Shown here: one piece after another, positions 27,302-35,699 of the stretch | Numbering within the stretch: the stretch's first letter is position 1 | How the letters are laid out: the number at the start of each line of letters is the position of its first letter | Virus record (IMG/VR): IMGVR_UViG_3300043436_002205 | From: a virus | Lineage: Duplodnaviria; Heunggongvirae; Uroviricota; Caudoviricetes | Direction: 5' to 3' (one strand) | Length of the DNA stretch: 64,000 nt | The notes under the pieces: generated by a model | Databases searched by the model: none | Seen by the model: the letters and a program-made list of their open reading frames with translations, nothing else | Told to the model about the DNA's origin: nothing | Translations under genes and position numbers: made by a program

Positions 27302-27721
27302 ATGAATAAGATCCTTAACGAACCGGTTCTATTTAACCGAGAACAGATCGCAAAGATCGAAGATCTGAAGCGAGCAAGATATGTATGCGCAACCGAAAGA
27401 GACGATAAGACTATCGAGATATTCTACTCAGAGGATGCGCATGTTGCTGGCGGACGATACTTTGGCCTATACTTTAGCAGTCTAGATAATCAACTCTATA
27501 TTACTAACGGCGGATTCGTTGAAGATCAAGAGATCTCTGCCGTGATCGCTGATGACGGCGAGATTGTATATAGTAGGTTTCGACACGACTATCGATCCTC
27601 ATCCGATGGTTCTGTTTTCATTGACGGCGGTCGATCCTATACAAGAGTTAGCTTGGTTGATGAATCTCGATATGCAACACTTATCGTAAAAGAGGGAGTT
27701 CTACAGGTAAAGAATGTCTGA
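27302..27721 (+). CDS. hypothetical protein
   Basis: 139-aa ORF. Confidence 0.45.
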   Translation: MNKILNEPVLFNREQIAKIEDLKRARYVCATERDDKTIEIFYSEDAHVAGGRYFGLYFSSLDNQLYITNGGFVEDQEISAVIADDGEIVYSRFRHDYRSSSDGSVFIDGGRSYTRVSLVDESRYATLIVKEGVLQVKNV

Positions 27722-27899
27722 CTTTAAGATCTCAGACTATGACTATATTGGAAGCTCGATTGGAAATGCGTTTTTCAGTGGAGTTTCCTTTGAACAACTT
27801 TGGGATTGTGTATCACTGTCCCAAACAAGAGAAGAATTGGATGCCGCAGTTACTGCAACCATTCGATTGAATGAATTAACAAAAGGAGAAGAGATATGA
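27714..27899 (+). CDS. hypothetical protein
   Basis: 61-aa ORF. Confidence 0.35.
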   Translation: MSDFKISDYDYIGSSIGNAFFSGVSFEQLWDCVSLSQTREELDAAVTATIRLNELTKGEEI

Positions 27900-28141
27900 A
27901 CGATGCATATAACGTAACCGCCGATGAACTTCGTCAGTTCATCGAACGCTACGAACAGCTTGAGTCAGAAAAGAAAGACGTCACAAATTCTCAAAAGGAA
28001 TTGATGGCAGAAGCTAAGGGTCGTGGATACGACACGAAAGTCATGAAGAAGATCATCGCCATTCGTAAACGTAAAGCAGATGCAATCGCCGAAGAAGAAG
28101 CAGTTCTTGAGATGTACAAAGCTGCATTGGGTATGATCTAA
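27896..28141 (+). CDS. GapR-like DNA-binding protein (DUF2312)
   Basis: ELRQFIERYEQLESEKKD...AEAKGRGYDTKVMKKIIAIRKRK...EEEAVLEMYKAALGM closely parallels the DUF2312/GapR consensus. Confidence 0.6.
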   Translation: MNDAYNVTADELRQFIERYEQLESEKKDVTNSQKELMAEAKGRGYDTKVMKKIIAIRKRKADAIAEEEAVLEMYKAALGMI

Positions 28142-28776
28142 TGAGTAAGGAAGAAAGTAAACGCCTTATTGAAAAGATATATCCTGACTTCGATAATCGT
28201 TTTGGCGAGTGGGGCTGGTGTTCTCTAAACAAAGCTGGGTGTATTATTGACTGTATTGATGATATCTTTACTCACGTGAAAGATCCGGTATGCGTAGAGA
28301 TTGGCGTCTATGGTGGAAAGAGTGTCATTCCTGCAGTTCTAGAACTTAAGAGAATGAACTCTGGCAAGTTCTATGCGATTGATCCATGGGATAACGTAGA
28401 GGCAACCAAGGGCTATGACGGCGACAACTACAAGTTTTGGACCAACGTCAACATGCCTTGGATCTATAATGTCTTTACTACAGTCTTGGAAGAAAACGAC
28501 TGTGGAAAGTACGTAGAGATCATTCGAAAGCCAAGCGACGATGCGCCTGTTATCTTCGATATTGATTTTCTTTATATTGATGGTCAGCATACAATCCAAG
28601 CAATTCGTGATGTAAATAAGTATGCGCGCCAAGTAAAACTTGGTGGTTACTGTATTGCGGACGATATTAACTGGGGAGATGTTTCTCTCGTTCCTGATGC
28701 TCTTAAAGAGATTGGGTTCGAAGAACAACGATGGATTGACGGCGCTATCATCTTTAAGCGGACGTCTATTAAATAA
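28141..28776 (+). CDS. class I SAM-dependent methyltransferase (Methyltransf_24/CmcI-like)
   Basis: Motif I VEIGVYGG, and FLYIDGQHT. Confidence 0.6.
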   Translation: MSKEESKRLIEKIYPDFDNRFGEWGWCSLNKAGCIIDCIDDIFTHVKDPVCVEIGVYGGKSVIPAVLELKRMNSGKFYAIDPWDNVEATKGYDGDNYKFWTNVNMPWIYNVFTTVLEENDCGKYVEIIRKPSDDAPVIFDIDFLYIDGQHTIQAIRDVNKYARQVKLGGYCIADDINWGDVSLVPDALKEIGFEEQRWIDGAIIFKRTSIK

Positions 28777-28777
28777 A

Positions 28778-28840
28778 AGGCGGATCCGAAGACCCGCCGA
28801 GTTATTAGAAGGGGCCGGTTGTTTCCGGCCTCTTTTATTA
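28778..28840. terminator. bidirectional terminator pair between the convergent plus- and minus-strand modules
   Basis: Two GC hairpins (GGCGG..CCGCC and GGCCGG-ttgttt-CCGGCC) with T-tracts on both strands. This is the strand-switch point. Confidence 0.6.
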
Positions 28841-30151
28841 TTAGAATAGGTTCGAAACGCGAACTCTACGGTAGTAGACGTTGCTGTTAGCGGTAAGAGC
28901 ACCTTCGCTACGGGTTGGGCCGAAAGCGAATGGGTTAGCAACCATACCGTAACGGGTTTTGAAGCCGATCTTTGGCTGGAAGCTGTTTTCACCAACTGCG
29001 CGGTACATCTGTAGTGGAACGTATGGGCAGTAGAAGAGACCTGCGTCGAATGCGGAGGATCCCTTATAGCCAACTACGAGGTAGTTTGCACCAGCGTATG
29101 GGTCGATGTAAACTCTGTAACGACCGTTTAGAACACCAGCGAAGGTGTTTCCGGTGTCGTCAACGTTTAGAGCGTTGCTGTTAAGAGCTGGGGTGTAATC
29201 GAGAACACCTGCCATCTGAAGAGCAGAAGCTACGTCAGAAGAACAGATAACGATGTTACCCTTGCCTCTACGAGTTGCTTTTGCAATCGCGTTGGCTTCG
29301 AGTTCGATCTGGAACATAAGACCCTTGAACTTCTCAACTGACCAACGGCCGTTTGAGTCAACGTCAAGATCGAAGATACCAGTTACAGCAGTGTTTGCAC
29401 CACCGGTTACGGCTGAGGTGTAAACAGTACGAACAACTTCACGGTTGATTTCTGCAAGGATTTCAGACTGTAGAATGTTTGCAAGTTCTGTTTCAGCGTC
29501 AAGACCGTGAACAGCGCGGAGATCCTGTGCAAGTTCACTGGTATATTCTGCTTTAAGAGCGCGGCTCTTTGCAGACACAGTAACTTTTTCGATAGCAAGA
29601 GCCATCTCTGCGAAGTTTGTTCCGTTTCCGTCGCCAAGCGCTTCAGCAGCAGCGGTTGTTAGACCAGTACCGGTTGGTGCTGTTGCAGCAGAACCAGTAA
29701 CGCCAGTCATAGAGCCAGTACCGGAGAAGTCAGTGTCAGCTTCGTTGTAGAATGCTTCAACTGCGGTGTTACCTGACATTGCGTTGTAGTTAGAACGCAT
29801 TGCGAAGATAAGACCAGTTGGGCCAGTCATTGGCTGAACACCAGCGATGTCGTATGCCATTAGGTTTGGCATAGCACGACGAACTAGGCTGATAAGGATT
29901 GGATCGTAACCAGCTTGTGGTGTGCTAGCACCAGCACCAAAACCGCCGGTTCCAGCGAAGTTGGTTGGTGTTTCCTGAAGAAGCGAAGTCATGTTGATTG
30001 ACGCGTCGCTGGTCTCAAGAAGTGCTTTCTCTGTGTTCTCTAGAAGAGTAGCAGTTACTGCTTTTCTGTGGTTGTCTGTGATTGGCGAGAAGGAAGAGTG
30101 CTCAAGAAGAGGACCCCACTTTTCGACTAAAGTTTTATTAGATTGACTCAT
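28841..30151 (-). CDS. major capsid protein (T4 gp23-like)
   Basis: N-terminus EKWGPLLE...ENTEKALLE parallels T4 gp23 NKWKPLLEGEG...ENQEK. It sits at the end of a T4-like head gene array. Confidence 0.8.
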   Translation of the reverse strand: MSQSNKTLVEKWGPLLEHSSFSPITDNHRKAVTATLLENTEKALLETSDASINMTSLLQETPTNFAGTGGFGAGASTPQAGYDPILISLVRRAMPNLMAYDIAGVQPMTGPTGLIFAMRSNYNAMSGNTAVEAFYNEADTDFSGTGSMTGVTGSAATAPTGTGLTTAAAEALGDGNGTNFAEMALAIEKVTVSAKSRALKAEYTSELAQDLRAVHGLDAETELANILQSEILAEINREVVRTVYTSAVTGGANTAVTGIFDLDVDSNGRWSVEKFKGLMFQIELEANAIAKATRRGKGNIVICSSDVASALQMAGVLDYTPALNSNALNVDDTGNTFAGVLNGRYRVYIDPYAGANYLVVGYKGSSAFDAGLFYCPYVPLQMYRAVGENSFQPKIGFKTRYGMVANPFAFGPTRSEGALTANSNVYYRRVRVSNLF

Positions 30152-30187
30152 TTTGTCTCTCCTTTGGCTGTTGTTATTGTCTGGTTG

Positions 30188-30195
30188 TATTTATA
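30188..30195 (-). promoter_or_regulatory. T4-type late promoter TATAAATA upstream of gp23
   Basis: Exact TATAAATA on the minus strand, about 37 nt upstream of the ATG. Confidence 0.5.
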
Positions 30196-30207
30196 ATTTT
30201 GTTGTTT

Positions 30208-31155
30208 TCACTTAATAGTTTTGTTATTTAGAGCTTCAACGATAGCATTAACGGTTGAGTAAGAAGATACTGGCTTTTTGGCGGTGTCTTCCTGAACAAC
30301 TTCTTCTGCTTCTTCGTTAATCACCTGAGCTTTTTTAGTCTTAAAGAATGACTCCTTAAGAGTTGCAAGATCTGACTTATAACCATCGATTTCATCTACA
30401 TCGAGCTTTTCTGAAAGAACCTTAAGTCTCTCTTTTTGAGAAACGGTAAGACCTTCTGAAACTTCTTCGAAAGCGATTTCAGCTTTTAGTGCAGCAACCT
30501 CTTTCTTAAGTTCGATGTTTTCGTTGATTATTTCGTTAGCTTGTTCTGTGATAGAAGCGTTATCTTCTTCTAGACTTGCTACAACATCGATTGTCTCATC
30601 ATCGATTTCAATGTTGTGCTCAGTGAATAGTTCTCTAAGTCCATCCATTAGGGACTCTGCCATTTCTACTTTGATACCAGCTTCAATAGCAACTTTATTC
30701 TCAGTCATCCACTCTTCGACTACGTAGTCAAGATATGAATCGAGGTTCTCTACAACTTCTGCCATCGCTTCATTGAGCGACTCATTAAGATCATTTTCGA
30801 ACTGCTCTTCAAGAGAAGCGGTAGCTTCTTCTAGACGAAGAGTAACAGCTTCGTTTACAGCTGCTTCAAATACAAGTGTTACCTTTGATCTGAACTCTTC
30901 TGAAAGATCCATTCCTTCGAACATGTTCTTAATCGATTCTTCGACAGAGATTACCTCTTCTTCGATTACTTCTTCGTCTGAAGCTTCTTCAGCTTCGGAC
31001 ATTGGTGGCTTTGCCACTGTTCCTGCCTTTGCGTCAACGACTTTGCTTACATCTGCCTTACGCTTCTTGATCTCTCCACCTACTGGTGTGACTGGACCAG
31101 GAACGGTAGATATTCCGTCGTCACTTACAAAATTTTGTTCGTCTAACCCTGACAT
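30208..31155 (-). CDS. prohead scaffold protein (gp22-like)
   Basis: Highly acidic, coiled-coil-rich. Located between gp21 and gp23. The start MSGLDEQ follows an AAAGGAGAG RBS; the listed ORF has an N-extension. Confidence 0.6.
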   Translation of the reverse strand: MSGLDEQNFVSDDGISTVPGPVTPVGGEIKKRKADVSKVVDAKAGTVAKPPMSEAEEASDEEVIEEEVISVEESIKNMFEGMDLSEEFRSKVTLVFEAAVNEAVTLRLEEATASLEEQFENDLNESLNEAMAEVVENLDSYLDYVVEEWMTENKVAIEAGIKVEMAESLMDGLRELFTEHNIEIDDETIDVVASLEEDNASITEQANEIINENIELKKEVAALKAEIAFEEVSEGLTVSQKERLKVLSEKLDVDEIDGYKSDLATLKESFFKTKKAQVINEEAEEVVQEDTAKKPVSSYSTVNAIVEALNNKTIK

Positions 31156-31193
31156 ATTTACTCTCCTTTTATTGGATTCGTGTTTCATATCCA

Positions 31194-31201
31194 TATTTAT
31201 A
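31194..31201 (-). promoter_or_regulatory. T4-type late promoter TATAAATA upstream of gp22
   Basis: Exact motif on the minus strand. Confidence 0.45.
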
Positions 31202-31205
31202 AAAC

Positions 31206-31880
31206 TTAGTTCTTCAGAGAACGAATGAAGTTTTCGAATAGACGCGCAGCATATGCTTCGTCTACCTTTCTTACAGTTCTCTTATACTCTTTTTTCACTT
31301 CTTGAACGGCCTGCTCAATCATCTGCTGAGCTCTCCAAGTTCCAGATACTATATCGTAATAGTAGTCCGTGTTTTCCATAATACCGTTCACAAAGCAGTT
31401 TGGACCCGATGGATCTGTGACGATATCGACAGTCGCAAGATGAAAGTCGTTTTGAACTTCCATGATGCCTTCTTTCGTTGCCTTTACAGATCCAAGGCCG
31501 CGAGTAGAAACACCAACCTTGACACCCTCGTCAATGAACGTCTTTACAATGTTACCCATTGGAGTACCTAGGATCTTTGCCTTACCAACGAAGTTTGAAC
31601 CGTCGCGCTTCATCTCAGTAATAAGGTGAGATACGCGATCACCGTTGATCTGAGGACCATCTGGGTGCCCAAGTTCTCCAAGAGCTCTTTTAGTCTTAAT
31701 GAACTGCTCGCCGTATCTCATCATTTCTTTTTCTAGAATCGTCGATGGATATATTCTTCCATTACGGTTCTTGATATCTCCTTGCATGAAGATACCTTCG
31801 ATGAAATACTGCTTTGGCTCGTGTTCGCTTGTTTCAGTTAGAACTCTAACTTCTTCAATTGTTTCCGTGATCAGTTTCAT
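31206..31880 (-). CDS. prohead core protease (gp21-like, peptidase U9)
   Basis: N-terminal region (ETIEEVRVLTE...FIEGIFMQGDIKNRNGRIYP) resembles T4 gp21. RBS AAAGGAGAAATCAT before the ATG at 31880. T4 synteny. Confidence 0.7.
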   Translation of the reverse strand: MKLITETIEEVRVLTETSEHEPKQYFIEGIFMQGDIKNRNGRIYPSTILEKEMMRYGEQFIKTKRALGELGHPDGPQINGDRVSHLITEMKRDGSNFVGKAKILGTPMGNIVKTFIDEGVKVGVSTRGLGSVKATKEGIMEVQNDFHLATVDIVTDPSGPNCFVNGIMENTDYYYDIVSGTWRAQQMIEQAVQEVKKEYKRTVRKVDEAYAARLFENFIRSLKN

Positions 31881-31900
31881 ATGATTTCTCCTTTGTTCTT

Positions 31901-31908
31901 TATTTATA
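31901..31908 (-). promoter_or_regulatory. T4-type late promoter TATAAATA upstream of gp21
   Basis: Exact motif, about 20 nt upstream of the ATG. Confidence 0.45.
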
Positions 31909-31911
31909 CTT

Positions 31912-32154
31912 TTAGTACTTATATGAAACTGGAGTGCAACGAAGAGTAGTGGTGCCAGCGATTGTTTCGGTTGGCAGCTTTTCCACAATTTCAACAGTTC
32001 CCTGATGCATCGTAAACGTAGTATTTGCGTGTGCTTCAGTTACAATAGTAACTACAGAATTTGCTGCGGCATAGATACGAACGAGTTTTGCATCGTATAC
32101 TGTGTTTGCAGTCGTGAATGAAATTTCTACATCAGTAGGTTTGATTATCATCAT
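31912..32154 (-). CDS. small prohead core protein (gp67 position)
   Basis: 80 aa, the same size and position as T4 gp67. No motif recognised. Confidence 0.4.
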   Translation of the reverse strand: MMIIKPTDVEISFTTANTVYDAKLVRIYAAANSVVTIVTEAHANTTFTMHQGTVEIVEKLPTETIAGTTTLRCTPVSYKY

Positions 32155-33284
32155 AGTGCTTCCCTCGCAAATCCTAGGATCTCATTAAAGCCAACTTTAT
32201 CTTTGAGTGCTACTTCTTCCATCTTTTTACGATTTGCAGAAGAAAGATCTTTAAGCATCTGGTTTAGAAGATCGGCGTCTTCTTTCTTAAGAATAACTGA
32301 ACCACCGTCCTTGAGCTTAACAATACCCTGGCTAAAAACTTCAGTTAGTTCTGCAGATTCACGGATCTTTTCTTCACCATCGTCGTCGCGTTCCACTTTA
32401 CGAATAGGAACATTTCGAGTATGAGACTTTCCGTCTGCACCTGTATAGGATACTGTTTTCTTTATTGCAGAACGAGTTACTTCACCGAGGTTTGTTTCTT
32501 CGCCATACATATCTTCGTAATCCATGGCTGACATCATACGTCTGTCACCTTCCATGTAAGCGTGTAGGCTCATCATTTCTTTATGTACGGCAGAAAGTTT
32601 ATTTTGGAACCACTCTTCTGGATCAAAATCCATACCCTCGAGATATCCCATGATTTCTTCAGCACCGTATGCGATGTAATATAGCTGATTCATCATCATT
32701 GGAATTTCTTCCATCGCGTCTTCGGCAACTAGGTCGGCTTGCTCATTCTTTGCGATTGACTTTGCAATCTTATGAGCCTTAGTGATTGTGCTTTTCTTTA
32801 GAGGTGGCTTATCTCCGGTTGCCTTCATAGCAGCAGCCATACCAATCGCGTATGGTTCTCTTACTCTTTCAGACATGGCCTTACCAATCGCTTTACGACG
32901 AGCGTGAAGGTACTTATCAGACTTGTCCGTGTCGCCGTCGTTATCAATGTCGTCATCTTCCTTGCCGACCGGGTCCATCTTCTTTGCTTCTTTCATTGTC
33001 TTAGAAGACTTGTTACTTTTTTTATACTTCTGGTGACTATCTTCTGAGTCGTATTCTCCGCCAGCTGCAGTTGGCGATTTAAAGCTATTTTCATAGACAG
33101 CTTCGTCCTCGCCCTTGTTATAATCCGCACGACGCTTAGGAGCCTTTCCGAGCTTTCCAGTGAAAGTATGATCTGTAGCTACAGGATGCTGAACCTTTGT
33201 TACGATATGCTTATCTTTGAAATCTTTTTCGTCGTCTGCTTTTGGCTGAGAGACCTCTGATATTATTTGACGTAGAGTCTTCAT
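32151..33284 (-). CDS. prohead core/internal protein (gp68 position), charged and Lys/Asp-rich
   Basis: Position between portal and gp67/gp21, with a highly charged low-complexity region. Assigned by synteny only. Confidence 0.4.
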   Translation of the reverse strand: MKTLRQIISEVSQPKADDEKDFKDKHIVTKVQHPVATDHTFTGKLGKAPKRRADYNKGEDEAVYENSFKSPTAAGGEYDSEDSHQKYKKSNKSSKTMKEAKKMDPVGKEDDDIDNDGDTDKSDKYLHARRKAIGKAMSERVREPYAIGMAAAMKATGDKPPLKKSTITKAHKIAKSIAKNEQADLVAEDAMEEIPMMMNQLYYIAYGAEEIMGYLEGMDFDPEEWFQNKLSAVHKEMMSLHAYMEGDRRMMSAMDYEDMYGEETNLGEVTRSAIKKTVSYTGADGKSHTRNVPIRKVERDDDGEEKIRESAELTEVFSQGIVKLKDGGSVILKKEDADLLNQMLKDLSSANRKKMEEVALKDKVGFNEILGFAREAL

Positions 33285-34948
33285 CTTTTAAGCCCTCTTT
33301 TGAATGGTTTTACTTTATTATTTATAACTTTTAATGATTCTTCGGCCTCTTGATCATTCTGAGGAGGCTGTTGCTGATTTTCTGGCGGCTGATCTGCTGG
33401 TGCTGGAGGTTGTTCATCATCAGGCATACCAACGTCGTACAAGCCTTCGTCAGTTTCTTTCTTGATCTGCTTTTTCATTTCACGTATGTCTTCATCTGAC
33501 ATGAATAGAACGTTTTTGATAACCCATTCTCTTGAGTAGTACTTACCGATCTGTTCCTCGATATCTCTAAGCATCGTTACTTTTTCACGAAGTATTTCCG
33601 TCTGCTTGAGTTCTTCGAAGTAGTTATCTTTCATGAAGTCATATCGTATCTTATTCTTTATGTCAGCCCATTCCTCAGGATCGAGAATACCTTTAAGAAT
33701 GAGTTGCTTTTCTAAGAAGAGATCAAATATACCAGAGAAACGTAGTCTTTGACGGCGAATGAACTTACTAAATTTGAGTTCGTCTCTTGATATCTCGGAC
33801 ACTCTGCCGAAGCTATACATAGTCTCTGGTTCTAAACGTGATATCGGAACTTTAAGGGACTTATAAAGCTTTCTTTGGAAGTACTGAAGGTTTTCGTCAC
33901 CGCTTAGAGCGGGCGCGGATCCACCAGCAAGAATGTCAACTTCTGTGGAACGCTCGCCGCCACGACGAGGGAACCAGAAGTCTTCAGTCATTGTCATAAA
34001 CTTACGACCGTCTGTAATGTCACCGCTGTCGGAGTCGTACTGTAGTTTGTTCTTATGGCGAGTCATCATATCGTGTAGATACTGCTCAGCCTTAGCCTTT
34101 GGTAACTGACCGACGTCGATATAGAAAATTCTTCTTTCCGGAGCACGGGTAATCGTATAGATAACAGTCGCATCTTCAAGCATACGCAGTTGGTTTAGAG
34201 GTTTAATACCAGGATGCAGGTGCGATAGTACAAGCGAATTCGTCTCATTCATGAGACCAGACGTTACACGAGCAACGGAATCTTTTGCGATGCGGTATCC
34301 CTGAACCGTCTGACCAGAGTTAACATTGCTCGTTGTTGACTTTGAACCAAAACCAGAATCGGAGTATAGATAGTACTCCTTCTTGATCTTCTTAAGAGGT
34401 ATACCGGAGTGCGGATCCTTTGACTTCTCGTCCATCTCTTTGACGAGACGAAGCTTACGTGGGTCAATGTAGCGTAGCTCTTTGATGCCAGCTTTCAGAT
34501 CTTCGTTATCAATAATGATATGATAATTCAATCTTCCATCTACATAGAACTTCTGAAAAATATCATAGCCGTAGTTGGAAAAGTCGAGAAGACGTAGCAC
34601 TTCTTCAAACTCTTCGACGATACGATCTTTTACTTTGTCTGGTAATTCTGTATCGTCAAGAATAATCTCTACAACATTCTCATGACTATCGACGTTAATT
34701 GCTTCGTTTACAATTTCGTCTACGGCCTGTGCAATCTCAGGCTGCATTACCATTCCACGATACTTGGTGATAAGCTCGCCTTCAGTCTTGGCGTCGCCTT
34801 CCATATTAATAGCGATACCATAGGATCCTCCTAGAGAGTTTCCTATGGTGATTGCGCCTTCGTCGTTGTTAGGTTCTACAAAAGAGACAGCTCTTTCTTC
34901 TTCGGCTCCGCCGATTTCTCTTTTGATTTCAAATCCAAATACACGCAT
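33281..34948 (-). CDS. portal protein (gp20-like)
   Basis: Block YRGMVMQPEIAQAVDEIVNEAI parallels T4 gp20. The 555-aa size and the position fit. Confidence 0.8.
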   Translation of the reverse strand: MRVFGFEIKREIGGAEEERAVSFVEPNNDEGAITIGNSLGGSYGIAINMEGDAKTEGELITKYRGMVMQPEIAQAVDEIVNEAINVDSHENVVEIILDDTELPDKVKDRIVEEFEEVLRLLDFSNYGYDIFQKFYVDGRLNYHIIIDNEDLKAGIKELRYIDPRKLRLVKEMDEKSKDPHSGIPLKKIKKEYYLYSDSGFGSKSTTSNVNSGQTVQGYRIAKDSVARVTSGLMNETNSLVLSHLHPGIKPLNQLRMLEDATVIYTITRAPERRIFYIDVGQLPKAKAEQYLHDMMTRHKNKLQYDSDSGDITDGRKFMTMTEDFWFPRRGGERSTEVDILAGGSAPALSGDENLQYFQRKLYKSLKVPISRLEPETMYSFGRVSEISRDELKFSKFIRRQRLRFSGIFDLFLEKQLILKGILDPEEWADIKNKIRYDFMKDNYFEELKQTEILREKVTMLRDIEEQIGKYYSREWVIKNVLFMSDEDIREMKKQIKKETDEGLYDVGMPDDEQPPAPADQPPENQQQPPQNDQEAEESLKVINNKVKPFKRGLKR

Positions 34949-35048
34949 TATTTCAATCTCCTTGCTTCGCCATTCTTTAGTATCTTATTGATAAAACAAT
35001 CAGCAGTGCCTAAAGAGGTCGCAGCGTCTTTCATAATATCTATCATGT

Positions 35049-35067
35049 GGCGGGATTTGATCCCGCC
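35049..35067. other. stable GC hairpin in the gp19-gp20 intergenic gap (GGCGGGA-tttga-TCCCGCC)
   Basis: Perfect 7-bp GC-rich stem inside an otherwise AT-rich 192-nt gap. Confidence 0.4.
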
Positions 35068-35140
35068 GTGAAATATATCGTTCTGTGATTTACCAAACGG
35101 TATTACAAAACAGTCCAATTAGCAATTCCTTTATCAACTA

Positions 35141-35674
35141 TTAAGTAGTGGAAATGCCAGTCGAGCCTTCAACTCTCCACATATCGTATTGGAATGTGAC
35201 ATCAAAGTTTTCAATTTGATCTGTGTTTTCCCAAGCAACCGGTATCGCACCGATACTGATAGGATAAATTCCTTCGAATACATACGTGCGAAGAGGTCTA
35301 CCATCTTTGCTGTACTGAGTTATGATTGCGTTCGACTTATAAGTCTGTGGTAGAGCTCTCGTATTTGAGTCGTGAGAGTTAATTGCGTTTGACCAAGCTT
35401 CCATCGCGTTACGAACAAGGAAGTCCTCGTCGTTGATGATTGTAGCTGTCCAGTCGGCAAACGTTCTATCTCCAGCATACTTTATGAAACGTCCAAAGTA
35501 TGGTATCTGATATGATCCTGTAGTTGACTCAGGAAGAGCAGCTGCTCTTACCATGAAAGGAACTTTAAAGTCGGCGATAGCATTGATTGGGTTTGTAATT
35601 TGGACTTGGAAGAGCGATGGTCTCGCTCCTCCTCCTACTAGTTGTGATTTGAATTCGTTTATATTGAAGGCCAT
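35141..35674 (-). CDS. tail tube protein (gp19-like)
   Basis: ARPSLFQVQI matches T4 gp19 ARPNLFQVEI. 177 aa. Confidence 0.8.
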   Translation of the reverse strand: MAFNINEFKSQLVGGGARPSLFQVQITNPINAIADFKVPFMVRAAALPESTTGSYQIPYFGRFIKYAGDRTFADWTATIINDEDFLVRNAMEAWSNAINSHDSNTRALPQTYKSNAIITQYSKDGRPLRTYVFEGIYPISIGAIPVAWENTDQIENFDVTFQYDMWRVEGSTGISTT

Positions 35675-35699
35675 GTTTATACTCCTTTTTCTTTATTTA

